DNA from: Nitrospirales bacterium | GTDB lineage: Bacteria > Nitrospirota > Nitrospiria > Nitrospirales > UBA8639 | Assembly: GCA_965203295.1 (NCBI GenBank) | Contig: CBDBCZ010000019.1 | Location: forward strand, 1,056,001-1,120,000 | Reading direction: 5' to 3' | Length of the DNA: 64,000 nt | In this document: piece after piece, positions 42,800 to 54,226 of the stretch | Layout: every line of letters begins with the position of its first letter | How positions within the stretch are numbered: position 1 is the stretch's first letter | Position numbers and translations under genes: made by a program | The notes under the pieces: model-generated | Told to the model about the DNA's origin: nothing | Database searches by the model: none | Seen by the model: only the letters and a program-made list of their open reading frames with translations

Positions 42800-43762
42800 T
42801 TGGACGGGTTTTGTGTGGATAGAAAGAATGAAGGACGATCGACCTTAGTCATTGGCACACGGGGCAGTCGCCTTGCCTTATGGCAGGCCGAGTGGATTCG
42901 TTCCCGCCTTCAAGAATTGGTCCCCGACCTTTCCATTACCCTCAAGCAGATCCGGACCAGCGGAGATAAGATCTTAGATGTACCTTTAGCTAAGATTGGG
43001 GGCAAGGGCTTGTTTGTCAAAGAAATAGAAGAAGCCCTACTGGTAAAAGAGATCGATCTGGCGGTGCATAGCATGAAAGATGTCCCTTCGGTTTTGCCTG
43101 ATGGATTGGCCATTATTTGTGTATCTGAACGCGAGGATTCCCGTGATGCCCTTCTGAGCAGGGAGGGATATCCGCTTGAAAGACTGAAAGAGGGAGCAAA
43201 GATCGGGACGAGTAGCCTCAGACGTCAAGCGCAATTGCTTCATTATCGACCTGATTTTTCCATCCACACGCTTCGGGGAAATCTTGATACACGGATACGG
43301 AAGCTTGAAACTGGACAATATGATGCGATTGTCCTGGCAGCAGCCGGTCTCAAACGATTAGGGTGGGCTGATGAGGTCACTGCTTATCTTTCTCCGGAGA
43401 TTAGTCTTCCTGCTATAGGGCAGGGAGTGTTGGCCATTGAAGGTCGCGAGGATGATCGGTTTGTGTGTGATTTAGTGGGTAGGCTTGAACACTCTGTCAC
43501 TCGGTTGGCTGTGACAGCAGAAAGGGCTTTTCTCGCTCGCCTTGAAGGGGGTTGTCAGGTGCCCATCGCCGGATATGCGACCATTCATGATCACAAACTA
43601 GAGTTAAACGGGTTGGTTGCGAGTGTCGATGGCCAGCGGGTTATTCGGGATAAGGTGGAAGGGTCCTCAAGTCAGGCTGCACAATTCGGATTACAATTAG
43701 CGGAGAAGATCCTCGGATCAGGGGGAGACGCCATTTTACAGGAAGTCTACGGAACTGCATGA
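42800..43762 (+). CDS. hemC: Porphobilinogen deaminase
   Basis: IGTRGSRLALWQ, GGKGLFVKE, AVHSMKD, GTSSLRR, LEGGCQVP; start may be GTG 42815. Confidence 0.97.
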   Translation: MDGFCVDRKNEGRSTLVIGTRGSRLALWQAEWIRSRLQELVPDLSITLKQIRTSGDKILDVPLAKIGGKGLFVKEIEEALLVKEIDLAVHSMKDVPSVLPDGLAIICVSEREDSRDALLSREGYPLERLKEGAKIGTSSLRRQAQLLHYRPDFSIHTLRGNLDTRIRKLETGQYDAIVLAAAGLKRLGWADEVTAYLSPEISLPAIGQGVLAIEGREDDRFVCDLVGRLEHSVTRLAVTAERAFLARLEGGCQVPIAGYATIHDHKLELNGLVASVDGQRVIRDKVEGSSSQAAQFGLQLAEKILGSGGDAILQEVYGTA

Positions 43763-45324
43763 GTCCGAACAGTCCGCAAAGTGGGAGGGTCTACTTGGTT
43801 GGAGCAGGCCCTGGTGACCCAGGTCTTCTGACGCTCCGGGGCAAAGCTTGTTTGGAACAGGCCGATGTCGTGTTGTATGACAATTTGGCCAACCCGGTAT
43901 TATTGCACTATGTGCCATCTCATGTTGAACGGATTTATGTTGGCCGATGTGGCAGAGGGGCCTATGCCCACCAAGATGAGGTCAATAGTCTGATCATTAA
44001 AAAAGTCCGTGAGGGTAAAAGAGTCGTTCGCCTCAAAGGGGGAGATCCTTTTGTCTTTGGACGTGGAGGTGAAGAGGCTGAAGCCATCGCTGAAGCTGGT
44101 TTGTCTTTTGAAATTGTTCCAGGCGTCACATCAGCAGTCGCGGTTCCTGCCTATGCTGGAATTCCGGTCACGCATCGGACATTAGCCTCCACCGTGGCCC
44201 TGGTCACTGGGCATGAGGACCCGACTAAAGGGGAAACGTTCATGGAGTGGCCACGATTGGCCTCGACAGATGGAACATTAGTGTTTCTGATGGGGATGAA
44301 AAATTTGCCAACGATTGTGAAACAACTTCTAGCAGAAAAAAAGTCCCCAGATACCCCAGTGGCGCTTATTCGATGGGGAACCTATTCTAGGCAGAAAACG
44401 GTTATTGGAACATTAGAGACGATTGTCGACCAGGCAAAAGCCGTACATCTTGAGCCTCCCACCGTGATTGTTGTGGGGGAAGTTGTGAAATTGAGGGGTT
44501 CGCTCAATTGGTTTGAAACCCGACCACTGTTTGGAAAACGCATTATCGTGACCCGAGCTCGGGATCAGGCATCTGCGCTTTCAGAACTTCTTGTGGCTCA
44601 TGGAGGTGAGCCTGTGGAGTACCCGGCTATTGAAATCGTTCCTCCAGATGATTGGAATGAATTAGATCAAAGCATTGACCGCATACACGAGTACCAATGG
44701 CTTGTTTTTACAAGCGTGAATGGCGTTCAATGGTTTATGACAAGATTGCGACGAAAAGGTCTTGATGTGCGTGCTCTTCACAGGATGCAGGTCGCGTGTA
44801 TTGGCCCAAGAACGGCAGATGAGGCAGAACGATATGGGTTGTGTGCCGATCTGATTCCTCAAACATTTCAGGCTGAAGGTTTGATTGAGGCTATGACGGT
44901 TAAGGGATTAACCGGCAAACGGGTCCTCCTCCCTCGTGCGGCTCAAGCCAGGGAAATTTTACCAGAGCAATTGCGGGCCTTTGGGGCGAAGGTTGATGTG
45001 GTGACCGCTTACCAAGCAAGAGCTCCTCGAATTGATATTCAACGAATCAAAGAGGATTTACAACGAGGGTATATTCATATTGTGACCTTTGCTAGTTCAT
45101 CAACGGTTCGGAATTTTTGTGATGCGTTTGAATCAAAAACTGAGATGAAGAGTTTATTAGATGGTAAGGTTCTTGCTGCCATCGGACCTATTACTGCCCA
45201 AACCATAGAAGAAATGGGTTTGAACCCTGATGTGGTGGCAAGGGAAAATACCATTCCTTCTCTTGTTGATACGTTGGCGCACCACATCGCCGAAATGAAA
45301 CATTGGGAGGTTGGGAAGTCTTAA
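43759..45324 (+). CDS. cobA-hemD: Uroporphyrinogen-III C-methyltransferase / uroporphyrinogen-III synthase fusion
   Basis: LVGAGPGDPGLLT, RLKGGDPFVFGRGGEE, VFTSVNGV, TFASSSTV. Confidence 0.95.
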   Translation: MSPNSPQSGRVYLVGAGPGDPGLLTLRGKACLEQADVVLYDNLANPVLLHYVPSHVERIYVGRCGRGAYAHQDEVNSLIIKKVREGKRVVRLKGGDPFVFGRGGEEAEAIAEAGLSFEIVPGVTSAVAVPAYAGIPVTHRTLASTVALVTGHEDPTKGETFMEWPRLASTDGTLVFLMGMKNLPTIVKQLLAEKKSPDTPVALIRWGTYSRQKTVIGTLETIVDQAKAVHLEPPTVIVVGEVVKLRGSLNWFETRPLFGKRIIVTRARDQASALSELLVAHGGEPVEYPAIEIVPPDDWNELDQSIDRIHEYQWLVFTSVNGVQWFMTRLRRKGLDVRALHRMQVACIGPRTADEAERYGLCADLIPQTFQAEGLIEAMTVKGLTGKRVLLPRAAQAREILPEQLRAFGAKVDVVTAYQARAPRIDIQRIKEDLQRGYIHIVTFASSSTVRNFCDAFESKTEMKSLLDGKVLAAIGPITAQTIEEMGLNPDVVARENTIPSLVDTLAHHIAEMKHWEVGKS

Positions 45325-45369
45325 TCAAAGGTCGTTAACGACCATTACTTGACTGAATGGGAGATTCTT

Positions 45370-45762
45370 ATGGTTCCTGTGAAATCGTTTATGGTTCCCC
45401 GTGAAAAGTTTGTATTAGTGGATCGTGATGTAAAGGTTCGCCAGGCTGCCGAATTGATGCGCGATAAGGGTATTGGCAGTGTGTTTGTCAGGAGAGAAGG
45501 GTCAATCATTGGCATCCTGACAGATACAGACTTAGTCCGGCGCTTGGTTGCTACGGGTCTGGATCCTGCTGAAACGTCGGTTGAAGAGGTCATGTCCGCT
45601 CCGATCATGGAAATTGATGAAAATAAGACTCTCCTGGACGCTAATGATTTGATGGCTCGGGAACATATACGCCATCTTGGAGTTTCAAATGGTGACAAGA
45701 TTGTTGGGATGATTTCCGTTCGAGATTTGGTGGTGTTTTTGACCAATCTGCCACGGAAATAA
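45370..45762 (+). CDS. CBS-domain protein
   Basis: GILTDTDLVRR, IRHLGV, GMISVRDL. Confidence 0.9.
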   Translation: MVPVKSFMVPREKFVLVDRDVKVRQAAELMRDKGIGSVFVRREGSIIGILTDTDLVRRLVATGLDPAETSVEEVMSAPIMEIDENKTLLDANDLMAREHIRHLGVSNGDKIVGMISVRDLVVFLTNLPRK

Positions 45763-45889
45763 ACCGAGTAGAGCGAAGAGCAGTTCGTCAGGTCTCACTC
45801 CATTGCCATTCTGTCCAGCTAGAAGATGGAGGCCTGAACGTGGGGAGGCTGCTCGTGGTTTCAAAGGAATGGGAGGAGGTTGGTTGCAT

Positions 45890-46873
45890 ATGGCATTTCC
45901 TAGACAAAGAATGCGGCGTCTTCGGGAACAAGAACCGTTACGGCGAATGGTTCGTGAAACCCTCCTGACCCCTGCTGATCTGATTTATCCAGTGTTTGTG
46001 ATCAGTGGTCGGGATCATCAAGAGCCGATTCTTTCTATGCCGGGACAATTTCGGTGGTCCGTTGATTTACTAGTCAAGGAAGTGGCCACAGTCTATGAGC
46101 TAGGAGTTCCTGCCGTGATTATCTTTGGAATTCCCGATTTTAAAGATGAGCGAGGGACATCAGCCTATGCCTCCAATGGCATCGTTCAACAAGCTGTTCG
46201 AGCTATCAAAGATCAAGTGCCTGGTCTTCTCCTCATTACAGATGTCTGTATTGATGAATATACTTCCCATGGCCATTGTGGAATCGTGAAGGATGGCCGT
46301 ATTTACAATGATGAAACGTTGGAGTGCCTTCGTCTCATGGCCAGAACTCATGCAGAAGCCGGTGCGGATATGGTCGCTCCCTCTGATATGATGGACGGGC
46401 GGGTCGTAGCTATTCGGGAGGAATTGGATCAGGGTGGGTTTGCCGAGGTCTCCATCATGGCCTACGCGGCGAAATATGCTTCAAGTCTGTATGCCCCGTT
46501 TCGAGAAGTAGCGGGATCGACCCCTGCGTTTGGTGACCGGCGGTCATATCAAATGGATCCTGCTAATGCACGCGAAGCCATTCGTGAAATTGAGTTAGAT
46601 ATTGAAGAGGGAGCGGATATCGTGATGGTCAAACCCGCCTTGCCGTATCTCGATATCATTGCCAAAACCCGATCCCTTTTTTCTGTTCCTATCGCGGCCT
46701 ATCAGGTAAGCGGAGAATATAGCATGCTCAAGGCTGCTGCCCAATTAGGTTGGTTAGAGGAGCCCAAGGTCATGATGGAAACGTTGCTTTCTATGAGACG
46801 TGCCGGTGCAGACATCATATTGACCTACTATGCGAAAGAGGCAGCCTCTCTTCTCAACACTCCATTCAGATGA
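45890..46873 (+). CDS. hemB: Porphobilinogen synthase
   Basis: DVCIDEYTSHGHCG, APSDMMDGR, MVKPA, YQVSGEY. Confidence 0.97.
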   Translation: MAFPRQRMRRLREQEPLRRMVRETLLTPADLIYPVFVISGRDHQEPILSMPGQFRWSVDLLVKEVATVYELGVPAVIIFGIPDFKDERGTSAYASNGIVQQAVRAIKDQVPGLLLITDVCIDEYTSHGHCGIVKDGRIYNDETLECLRLMARTHAEAGADMVAPSDMMDGRVVAIREELDQGGFAEVSIMAYAAKYASSLYAPFREVAGSTPAFGDRRSYQMDPANAREAIREIELDIEEGADIVMVKPALPYLDIIAKTRSLFSVPIAAYQVSGEYSMLKAAAQLGWLEEPKVMMETLLSMRRAGADIILTYYAKEAASLLNTPFR

Positions 46874-47853
46874 AAGTTATTCGGGGTCTTCCCACACCGC
46901 CCCTTTCCCCTTATCCAGTTTTGTCGATAGGGAATTTCGATGGTCTCCATTTGGGCCACCATGCCCTCTTGACCGCTGTCGTTGAAACAGCGGTAAAGGT
47001 GGGGGGCACGCCGACGGTGTTGACGTTTCAGCCTCATCCGGTTCAGATTCTCAAGCCAGATCTTGACTTCCAATTTCTGGCCACTCCCGAACAGAAATTG
47101 CGTTGGTTTCAGAACGTAGGAATTCAGGAGGTCGTGGTTTTAGACTTTACTCATGAATTTGCCGGCTTGGCCCCTGAACAATTTATGGAGCATATTCTTC
47201 AAAAGGGGTTGGGCATTTGTGCCTTATTCGTTGGACAACATTTTGTCTTCGGGAAGGGGAGGCAGGGAACTGTTGCCGATTTAATGAAGTATGGAAAACA
47301 CGCGCAATTTCAAGTTCACACGGTGTCACCCCTTTGTGTCGACGAGGACGTGGTCAGTTCAACGAGAATTCGTCAAATGATCAAAGGAGGAAGAGTCCGT
47401 GAGGCATCCCACTATTTAGGACGGTGTTATTCTTTAGCGGGTACAGTCATAGAAGGACGGCAACGGGGACAAGGTTTGGGATACCGAACAGCTAATTTTC
47501 GACCTCCAGCTAACCGAGTCATTCCGGCTGATGGCGTCTATGTCACCTTAACATGGGTCGATGAAAAACCATATGAATCGATTAGTTATATCGGCGTGAG
47601 GCCAACTTTTGAGGAAAAGGAACGTATGATTGAGGTGCATTTCTTAGATCAGGCTTTGCCGTTATATGGGAAAACGATTGATGTGGGTTTTCTTGAACAT
47701 ATTCGTGGTGACCAAACCTTTGATACTATGGAAGACCTGAAGGTCAGAATGGACATCGATGTAGGTTTAGCTCGTCAAACCTTCAATGTCTTACCTCAAT
47801 TTGCTAAAGATCATCACTTGGGTAGGCTTTTACAGTCCGAGATTGGTCCATGA
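46870..47853 (+). CDS. ribF: Riboflavin kinase / FAD synthetase
   Basis: IGNFDGLHLGH, SSTRIR, LGYRTAN, GVRPTF. Confidence 0.95.
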   Translation: MKVIRGLPTPPLSPYPVLSIGNFDGLHLGHHALLTAVVETAVKVGGTPTVLTFQPHPVQILKPDLDFQFLATPEQKLRWFQNVGIQEVVVLDFTHEFAGLAPEQFMEHILQKGLGICALFVGQHFVFGKGRQGTVADLMKYGKHAQFQVHTVSPLCVDEDVVSSTRIRQMIKGGRVREASHYLGRCYSLAGTVIEGRQRGQGLGYRTANFRPPANRVIPADGVYVTLTWVDEKPYESISYIGVRPTFEEKERMIEVHFLDQALPLYGKTIDVGFLEHIRGDQTFDTMEDLKVRMDIDVGLARQTFNVLPQFAKDHHLGRLLQSEIGP

Positions 47854-49280
47854 CATCCCCAACATTGTTCGAACATCGACTCAAAAAATGGGTCCAAGCC
47901 CAGGGAATCGTAACCTCTGGTGATCGAATTGTCTTGGCAGTGTCGGGGGGGGCTGATTCGATAGCCTTGTTTTCTTTATTTTTGGCATGGCAAAGGCCGT
48001 TGGATCTCTCGCTATTTGTTGCCCATATGAACCATGGTCTGCGTGGAATCGAGTCAGAGGAAGATGCCGAATGGGTAGGCAAAGTCTGTCAACGATTTGA
48101 CGTTCCTTTTTTCCAGAAACGGATAGACTTAGTTGAGATATTTAAGAGTCGGAAGAGGTCCTCGAAACAGGCCTTGGCGAGGGAGATTAGATATCAGGCG
48201 TTAACTCAAGTTGCTAAAGATGTGCGAGCTGATAAAATCGCGCTGGGCCATACGCTGGATGATCAGGCAGAAACGGTAATCATGTGTATGCTGCGTGGGG
48301 CGGGGGCACATGGCCTTGCGGGTATGTCTCCGATTCGAGAGCCTCAATTAATTCGTCCCTTGCTTCGGGTGAATCGACAAGAGATTAGTCAATATTTGGC
48401 CGCGAAAAATTGGGAATATCGAACTGATTCGAGTAATGATAAGCCGATCTACTTGCGCAATCGGTTGCGAGCAGAGGCGATGCCTATACTCAAAGCTTTC
48501 AACCCCAATCTGACTCAAGTCCTTTCCCGTCAGGCAGATATTCTTCGGGAAGAGACCAACTATCTGGATTCACTGGCTCATGCCGCTCTTGATTCAGTAT
48601 CGAAGTCTTGTGGGGAGGATGGGATTATTCTCGATCGGATAAGTTTTTTGGCTCTGCCCCTTGCTCTTCAACGCCGGGTCATTGGGAGGGTATTTCAAAC
48701 TGTAGGAAAACGATATACCCAACCTCACTACGAGACGGTTGAAGAGGTGCTACGACGTGTGGTTGGTGGAGGCTCAGGGGCATCAGTCGATCGTGAACAT
48801 CTTCGGATCTTTCGTGACTATGACAAGCTGCATTTTGAACGTAAGAACTCAGAGCTGGAGAACGAGCAGACTTGGCCTGATATTCATCTTCCATTTGTTG
48901 TCCCTTCAACAGTGATGTGGCCGCCAACTGGGGAGGTGATCGATGGGATGATGGAGCCAATTTCTCAAGGGATTCTTCCTTCGGATTCTCAATGGACATG
49001 TTTCGATGCGACCCTGTTTTCGCACGATCTACAAGTTCGGACCTGGAGGCCTGGAGATTACTTTTTCCCCTCTGGCTTTGGCGGGAAACGGAAAAAACTC
49101 CAGGACTTTTTTTCTGATATAAAGGTCAGTCGATCCAGACGAAAAAAAGTCCCCATCCTGGTTTCTCCAGAAGGGATATTGTGTGTGGGAAAGTATCGAT
49201 CGGATCATCGGTTCAGGGTCACAGAGTCAACGAAACGAATTCTTAAAATTCAAATCATTCACCCCGGACAACAATCATGA
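47850..49280 (+). CDS. tilS: tRNA(Ile)-lysidine synthetase
   Basis: AVSGGADS, HGLRG, GHTLDDQAET, RNRLR. Confidence 0.95.
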   Translation: MTSPTLFEHRLKKWVQAQGIVTSGDRIVLAVSGGADSIALFSLFLAWQRPLDLSLFVAHMNHGLRGIESEEDAEWVGKVCQRFDVPFFQKRIDLVEIFKSRKRSSKQALAREIRYQALTQVAKDVRADKIALGHTLDDQAETVIMCMLRGAGAHGLAGMSPIREPQLIRPLLRVNRQEISQYLAAKNWEYRTDSSNDKPIYLRNRLRAEAMPILKAFNPNLTQVLSRQADILREETNYLDSLAHAALDSVSKSCGEDGIILDRISFLALPLALQRRVIGRVFQTVGKRYTQPHYETVEEVLRRVVGGGSGASVDREHLRIFRDYDKLHFERKNSELENEQTWPDIHLPFVVPSTVMWPPTGEVIDGMMEPISQGILPSDSQWTCFDATLFSHDLQVRTWRPGDYFFPSGFGGKRKKLQDFFSDIKVSRSRRKKVPILVSPEGILCVGKYRSDHRFRVTESTKRILKIQIIHPGQQS

Positions 49281-49810
49281 AACGGGTATTTGGGAAGCCA
49301 ATAATCACGCAAGAGCACATGCGGAACCGAATCAAGGAACTCGGCCGAATGATAACCGCAGACTATCGAGAGGAGAAAAATCTCGTGTTAATCGGGATTT
49401 TGAAAGGGGCTTTTGCGTTCTATGCTGATTTGGCTCGAGCCATTCGGCTACCGCTTCGCGTAGATTTTTTATTCGTGACAAATTCTCGGTATGCGTCAAA
49501 GTCTTCGGGGAAGGTCAAGATTTTGACGGATCTGACCGAAAATATTCGAGACAAACCAGTTCTGTTGGTCGAAGACATCGTGGATTCAGGATTCACTCTT
49601 GAATTTTTACGAAAAACACTGTCGAAAAAGAAGCCGAAAAGCATCGCCTCTTGTGCCCTCCTCAGTAAAACAGAGCGTCGAGAAGTCGAGGTCACTGTGG
49701 ATTATGTCGGGTTTGAGATCCCAGACACCTTCGTCGTGGGGTATGGAATGGATTTTGAGCAAAAATATAGAAATTTACCCTACCTTGCCTCTCTGGATGA
49801 AGGTGATTAA
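49277..49810 (+). CDS. hpt: Hypoxanthine phosphoribosyltransferase
   Basis: GILKGA, VLLVEDIVDSG, FVVGYGMD..YRNLP. Confidence 0.95.
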   Translation: MKRVFGKPIITQEHMRNRIKELGRMITADYREEKNLVLIGILKGAFAFYADLARAIRLPLRVDFLFVTNSRYASKSSGKVKILTDLTENIRDKPVLLVEDIVDSGFTLEFLRKTLSKKKPKSIASCALLSKTERREVEVTVDYVGFEIPDTFVVGYGMDFEQKYRNLPYLASLDEGD

Positions 49811-49921
49811 TTAATTTAGCTCGTTGGAAGTGTCATTGGTTGTTTTGGTCGATGCCCCATGATAAAATTCGTAAGATCACCTGCGTAATTGAGCAGGTAT
49901 TAGAGTCTTAGGAGGCGACGA

Positions 49922-51739
49922 ATGAATTCAAGAGTGAAGAACTTACTCTTTTGGATTATTGTGGGGCTTTTCATGATTTTGTTGTTTAACCTTTTTTCTG
50001 TCCCTACCAATCCGCCAGAGGAGGAGGTCATATTTAGTGATTTCATGACTCATCTGGAGCATGGTGAAATAGTGAAGGTCACCATGAAAGAGAGTCATAT
50101 CAGTGCTATTTTGAAGGACGGAACACGGATTAGGACTTATACGGTGGAATATCCTGACCTCGTGAAAATGCTTCGGGATCGAGGCGTTCAAATTGAAGCA
50201 AAACCACCGGATGAAAGCCCCTGGTATATCACGTTTTTGGTAACGTGGGGACCATTTATCCTATTTCTCGGCCTGTGGTTTTTCCTTATGCGCCAAATGC
50301 AAATTGGGGGAAATCGGGCTCTTTCTTTTGGAAAAAGCCGTGCTCGGTTGCTCACAGAAGATAAGAAGAAGATTACGTTTTCTGATGTGGCCGGAGCAGA
50401 AGAGGCTAAGAATGAAGTTTTTGAAATTATTGAATTTTTGAAAGATCCACAAAAATTTCAAAAACTAGGGGGCCGGATTCCAAAAGGGGTACTGATTGTA
50501 GGCCCTCCGGGTACTGGGAAAACCCTGCTCGCGAAGGCCATTGCTGGGGAAGCTGGTGTGCCTTTCTTTAGCATCAGTGGATCTGATTTTGTTGAAATGT
50601 TTGTAGGGGTAGGTGCCTCAAGAGTCAGGGATCTCTTTGAACAAGGGAAAAAGCATGCTCCTTGTATTATTTTCATCGATGAAATTGATGCTGTCGGACG
50701 TTTGCGGGGAGCCGGACTTGGTGGAGGACATGACGAACGTGAACAAACGCTCAATCAACTTTTAGTTGAAATGGATGGGTTTGACACAACCGAGGGGGTT
50801 ATCCTTGTTGCTGCGACAAATCGTCCTGATGTTTTAGATCCTGCACTTCTTAGGCCAGGTCGTTTTGATCGGCAAGTGGTGGTGGATCGTCCGGATGTGC
50901 GTGGTCGTTTAGAGATACTAAAGGTTCATATCAGAAAAGTTCCCATTGATGAGAACGTCAATATGGAACAGATTGCCAGAGGGACTCCAGGGTTTTCTGG
51001 AGCTGATTTAGAGAATCTGGTGAATGAAGCTGCCTTGCTGGCAGCTCGGTTGGATAAAAAAGTCGTGGAATTAGCAGATTTCGAAAGTTCCAAAGATAAG
51101 GTTATGATGGGGGTTGAGCGAAAAAGTATGGTCTTGAGTGATGAAGAAAAGCGAGTCACGGCCTTTCATGAAGCGGGACATGCGCTGATGGCTAAACTGC
51201 TTCCAGGAACGGATCCCGTGCACAAGGTGACCATTATTCCCCGTGGAAGGGCAATGGGAATGACCATGCAGCTTCCCTTGGATGATCGGCATAGTTATTC
51301 AAAGGAATTTTTGTACAACACGTTGGCCATTCTTTTTGGAGGACGAGTCGCAGAAGAAATCATTCTCAAACATGTGACCACTGGAGCTGGGAATGATATC
51401 GAAAGGGCTACTGAGTTGGCCAGAAAGATGGTCTGTGAGTGGGGCATGAGCGATAAGTTGGGTCCCATCACGTTTGGAAAAAAGGATGAGGAAATTTTTC
51501 TAGGCCGTGAAATTGCTACGCGTCGTGATTTCAGTGATCAAATGGCATTGGAAATTGACAGCGAGGTGAAACGGTTAATTGTTGAAAGCTATGAGCGGAC
51601 TAAGCGAACGTTGACCGAGCATGTCCATATTCTACGAGCATTGGCCGAAGCGTTGTTGGAAAAGGAAGTCCTGGATTCCTTTGAAATCGATCAGATTATT
51701 AATCAGCACACGATGGTTGAGGAACCGGCTCAGATTTAG
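49922..51739 (+). CDS. ftsH: ATP-dependent zinc metalloprotease FtsH
   Basis: [33 protein letters not shown]. Confidence 0.98.
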   Translation: MNSRVKNLLFWIIVGLFMILLFNLFSVPTNPPEEEVIFSDFMTHLEHGEIVKVTMKESHISAILKDGTRIRTYTVEYPDLVKMLRDRGVQIEAKPPDESPWYITFLVTWGPFILFLGLWFFLMRQMQIGGNRALSFGKSRARLLTEDKKKITFSDVAGAEEAKNEVFEIIEFLKDPQKFQKLGGRIPKGVLIVGPPGTGKTLLAKAIAGEAGVPFFSISGSDFVEMFVGVGASRVRDLFEQGKKHAPCIIFIDEIDAVGRLRGAGLGGGHDEREQTLNQLLVEMDGFDTTEGVILVAATNRPDVLDPALLRPGRFDRQVVVDRPDVRGRLEILKVHIRKVPIDENVNMEQIARGTPGFSGADLENLVNEAALLAARLDKKVVELADFESSKDKVMMGVERKSMVLSDEEKRVTAFHEAGHALMAKLLPGTDPVHKVTIIPRGRAMGMTMQLPLDDRHSYSKEFLYNTLAILFGGRVAEEIILKHVTTGAGNDIERATELARKMVCEWGMSDKLGPITFGKKDEEIFLGREIATRRDFSDQMALEIDSEVKRLIVESYERTKRTLTEHVHILRALAEALLEKEVLDSFEIDQIINQHTMVEEPAQI

Positions 51740-51984
51740 GCCGGATTTCTCCGCCATCTTTTTCTACACACGTCGGTGATGGTTGTTTTTCTAAGGAGAG
51801 GTCTCATTCGTGGAGGGGCAGCCAGAGAGGGGATATTTCCCCTACCCTCTTCTTCTATCTCGCTCACCTGTTCTTTATAGTCGTTGATCCCAAAAGGATT
51901 TTTCCCCACCTCCCAATCAGTTCCGAGATCGCTCTCATCAGAAGAGTCCCTCCGATCACAAAACATCTTCTTTGGTGAAAACCG

Positions 51985-52845
51985 GTGTGGCTCCGCGCCA
52001 AAAACGTAACTCTTCCTGTTCAGGCAAACGTGTTGATCATGGGGATCTTAAACGTGACCCCTGACTCATTCTCGGATGGTGGAAAGTTTTTGGAGCCGCG
52101 AGCGGCAGTAGAACATGGGTTGGCTATGGTAGAGGAGGGGGCGGATATTCTTGATATCGGTGCCGAATCTGCCAGGCCAGATGCCGCTTCTATCGATGAA
52201 GAGGAAGAGCTTAGGCGACTGTATCCTGTGTTGGAAGAGTTAGGTCGGCACAGCCAAGTCCCGATCTCTGTTGATACAACAAAATCATCAGTGGCGAGGA
52301 CGGCATTAGAGCTTGGGGCTACAATTATCAATGATATTAGTGCCTTACGTTTTGATACGGATATGGCCGGAGTTGTAGCTCGTGCGCAGGCTGGCTTGGT
52401 GCTGATGCATATGCAAGGGACACCTCAAACAATGCAACAGTCTTGTTCCTATGAGCATGTGGTAGATGAAATACAGGGGTTTTTGCAGGAACGATTCCAG
52501 CGGGCCACCGAACAAGGCATTGCCCCGGATCACATTATTGTTGACCCAGGAATAGGATTCGGAAAGAATATAAGGCATAATCTACTTTTAATAGCCAATC
52601 TTCGGTCATTCCATTCTCTTGGAAGACCTGTGATGGTGGGAGTATCAAACAAAGCATTTATTGGTACGATCTTAGAGAAAGAGATTGAGGATCGGTTGAT
52701 GGGAACCGCTGCGGCTGTGGCGACTGCTGTCTTGCAGGGTGCCCATATTGTTCGGGTACACGATGTGGCTCGAATGAAGGAAGTCGTGAGAATGGCTCAA
52801 TCTCTAAGAGATATCCAGTTGGATGAGAGAAAAGAGGAGATATGA
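51985..52845 (+). CDS. folP: Dihydropteroate synthase
   Basis: [29 protein letters not shown]. Confidence 0.95.
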   Translation: MWLRAKNVTLPVQANVLIMGILNVTPDSFSDGGKFLEPRAAVEHGLAMVEEGADILDIGAESARPDAASIDEEEELRRLYPVLEELGRHSQVPISVDTTKSSVARTALELGATIINDISALRFDTDMAGVVARAQAGLVLMHMQGTPQTMQQSCSYEHVVDEIQGFLQERFQRATEQGIAPDHIIVDPGIGFGKNIRHNLLLIANLRSFHSLGRPVMVGVSNKAFIGTILEKEIEDRLMGTAAAVATAVLQGAHIVRVHDVARMKEVVRMAQSLRDIQLDERKEEI

Positions 52846-54194
52846 GTCAATTATTCGGTACAGATGGTGTGAGGGGTATTGCGAACCTGGAGCCAATGAC
52901 GAGTGAAACAGCTATGAAGTTGGGCCGTGCTGCGGCTTATGTGTTCAAGCGACGGGCAGGTCGTCATCAGATTGTCATTGGAAAGGATACGCGTCTGTCT
53001 GGGTATATGTTGGAATCGGCTCTTACCTCAGGTATCTGCTCTATGGGTGTGGACGTTATCCTTGTGGGCCCTATGCCAACCCCGGGGGTTGCCTTCTTAA
53101 CTCGAAGTCTTCGGGCGGATGCAGGAGTCATGATTTCTGCCTCTCATAACCCTTATCAGGATAATGGAATAAAATTCTTTTCGAACGATGGGTTTAAACT
53201 AGCCGATAAGCTTGAACTACGCATGGAACAGCTCATTCTATCGGATGAGATTAAACATCTCCGTCCAACTGCAGAAGAAGTAGGGAAGGCCTTTCGAGTG
53301 GATGATGCAGAAGGCCGGTACATTGAATTCATTAAGCGCTCCTTGCCTAGGGACATGGATTTTCAAGGTTTGACGGTCGTATTGGATTGTGCCAACGGGG
53401 CAGCGTACAAAGTCCTGCCACACGTGATTCGCGAATTGGGGGCTCAGGTCAAAGTGATCAATGATCAACCTGATGGGGTCAATATCAATTCAAAATGTGG
53501 TGCCATCCATCCCGAACAGCTTCAGGAGGCTGTTCGATCCTACAAGGCTGATATTGGAATTGCTATGGACGGAGATGCCGATCGATCAATTTTTTTCTCG
53601 GAGAAAGGGGAGGTCGTAGACGGGGATCATGCAATGGCAGCTTTCGCCCTTGATTTAAAGGCTCGAGGCCGGCTCAAACACGATACGGTTGTGGGGACGG
53701 TCATGAGCAATTTCGGGTTTGAAGTGGCTATGAGAGAAGCTGGGATTAGGCTTGTTCGGACTCCCGTCGGTGACCGGTATATTCTTGAACGGATGGTATC
53801 GGAAGGGTACAACTTAGGTGGTGAGCAATCAGGGCATCTCATATTTCTTGATTTTAACACCACCGGAGACGGCATCATCTCAGCTGTCCAAATGTTGAAG
53901 CTTATGAGGCGGTCAGGTAAATCTCTTTCGGAAGTCAGTCAATGCATGCAAGCGGTACCACAGGTCTTTCTTGGTGTCCAGGTTAAGCACAAGCCTGATT
54001 TGAGTTCTCTCCCAGAAGTCAAACACGCCATCGAAACTTGTGAAGCTCGTCTCAATGGGATGGGGCGAGTGCTGGTTCGTTATTCAGGAACCGAGCCATT
54101 ATGTCGCGTGATGGTTGAGGGATCAGATAATGCCGTCATTCGCAATGTAGCTGAAGAATTGGCTGGAGTCCTGCGCAATTCCCTTGGCTCATGA
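52842..54194 (+). CDS. glmM: Phosphoglucosamine mutase
   Basis: [35 protein letters not shown]. Confidence 0.97.
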   Translation: MSQLFGTDGVRGIANLEPMTSETAMKLGRAAAYVFKRRAGRHQIVIGKDTRLSGYMLESALTSGICSMGVDVILVGPMPTPGVAFLTRSLRADAGVMISASHNPYQDNGIKFFSNDGFKLADKLELRMEQLILSDEIKHLRPTAEEVGKAFRVDDAEGRYIEFIKRSLPRDMDFQGLTVVLDCANGAAYKVLPHVIRELGAQVKVINDQPDGVNINSKCGAIHPEQLQEAVRSYKADIGIAMDGDADRSIFFSEKGEVVDGDHAMAAFALDLKARGRLKHDTVVGTVMSNFGFEVAMREAGIRLVRTPVGDRYILERMVSEGYNLGGEQSGHLIFLDFNTTGDGIISAVQMLKLMRRSGKSLSEVSQCMQAVPQVFLGVQVKHKPDLSSLPEVKHAIETCEARLNGMGRVLVRYSGTEPLCRVMVEGSDNAVIRNVAEELAGVLRNSLGS

Positions 54195-54226
54195 GCTAGA
54201 TATCCTCTATCCGTACTCTTTTTTTA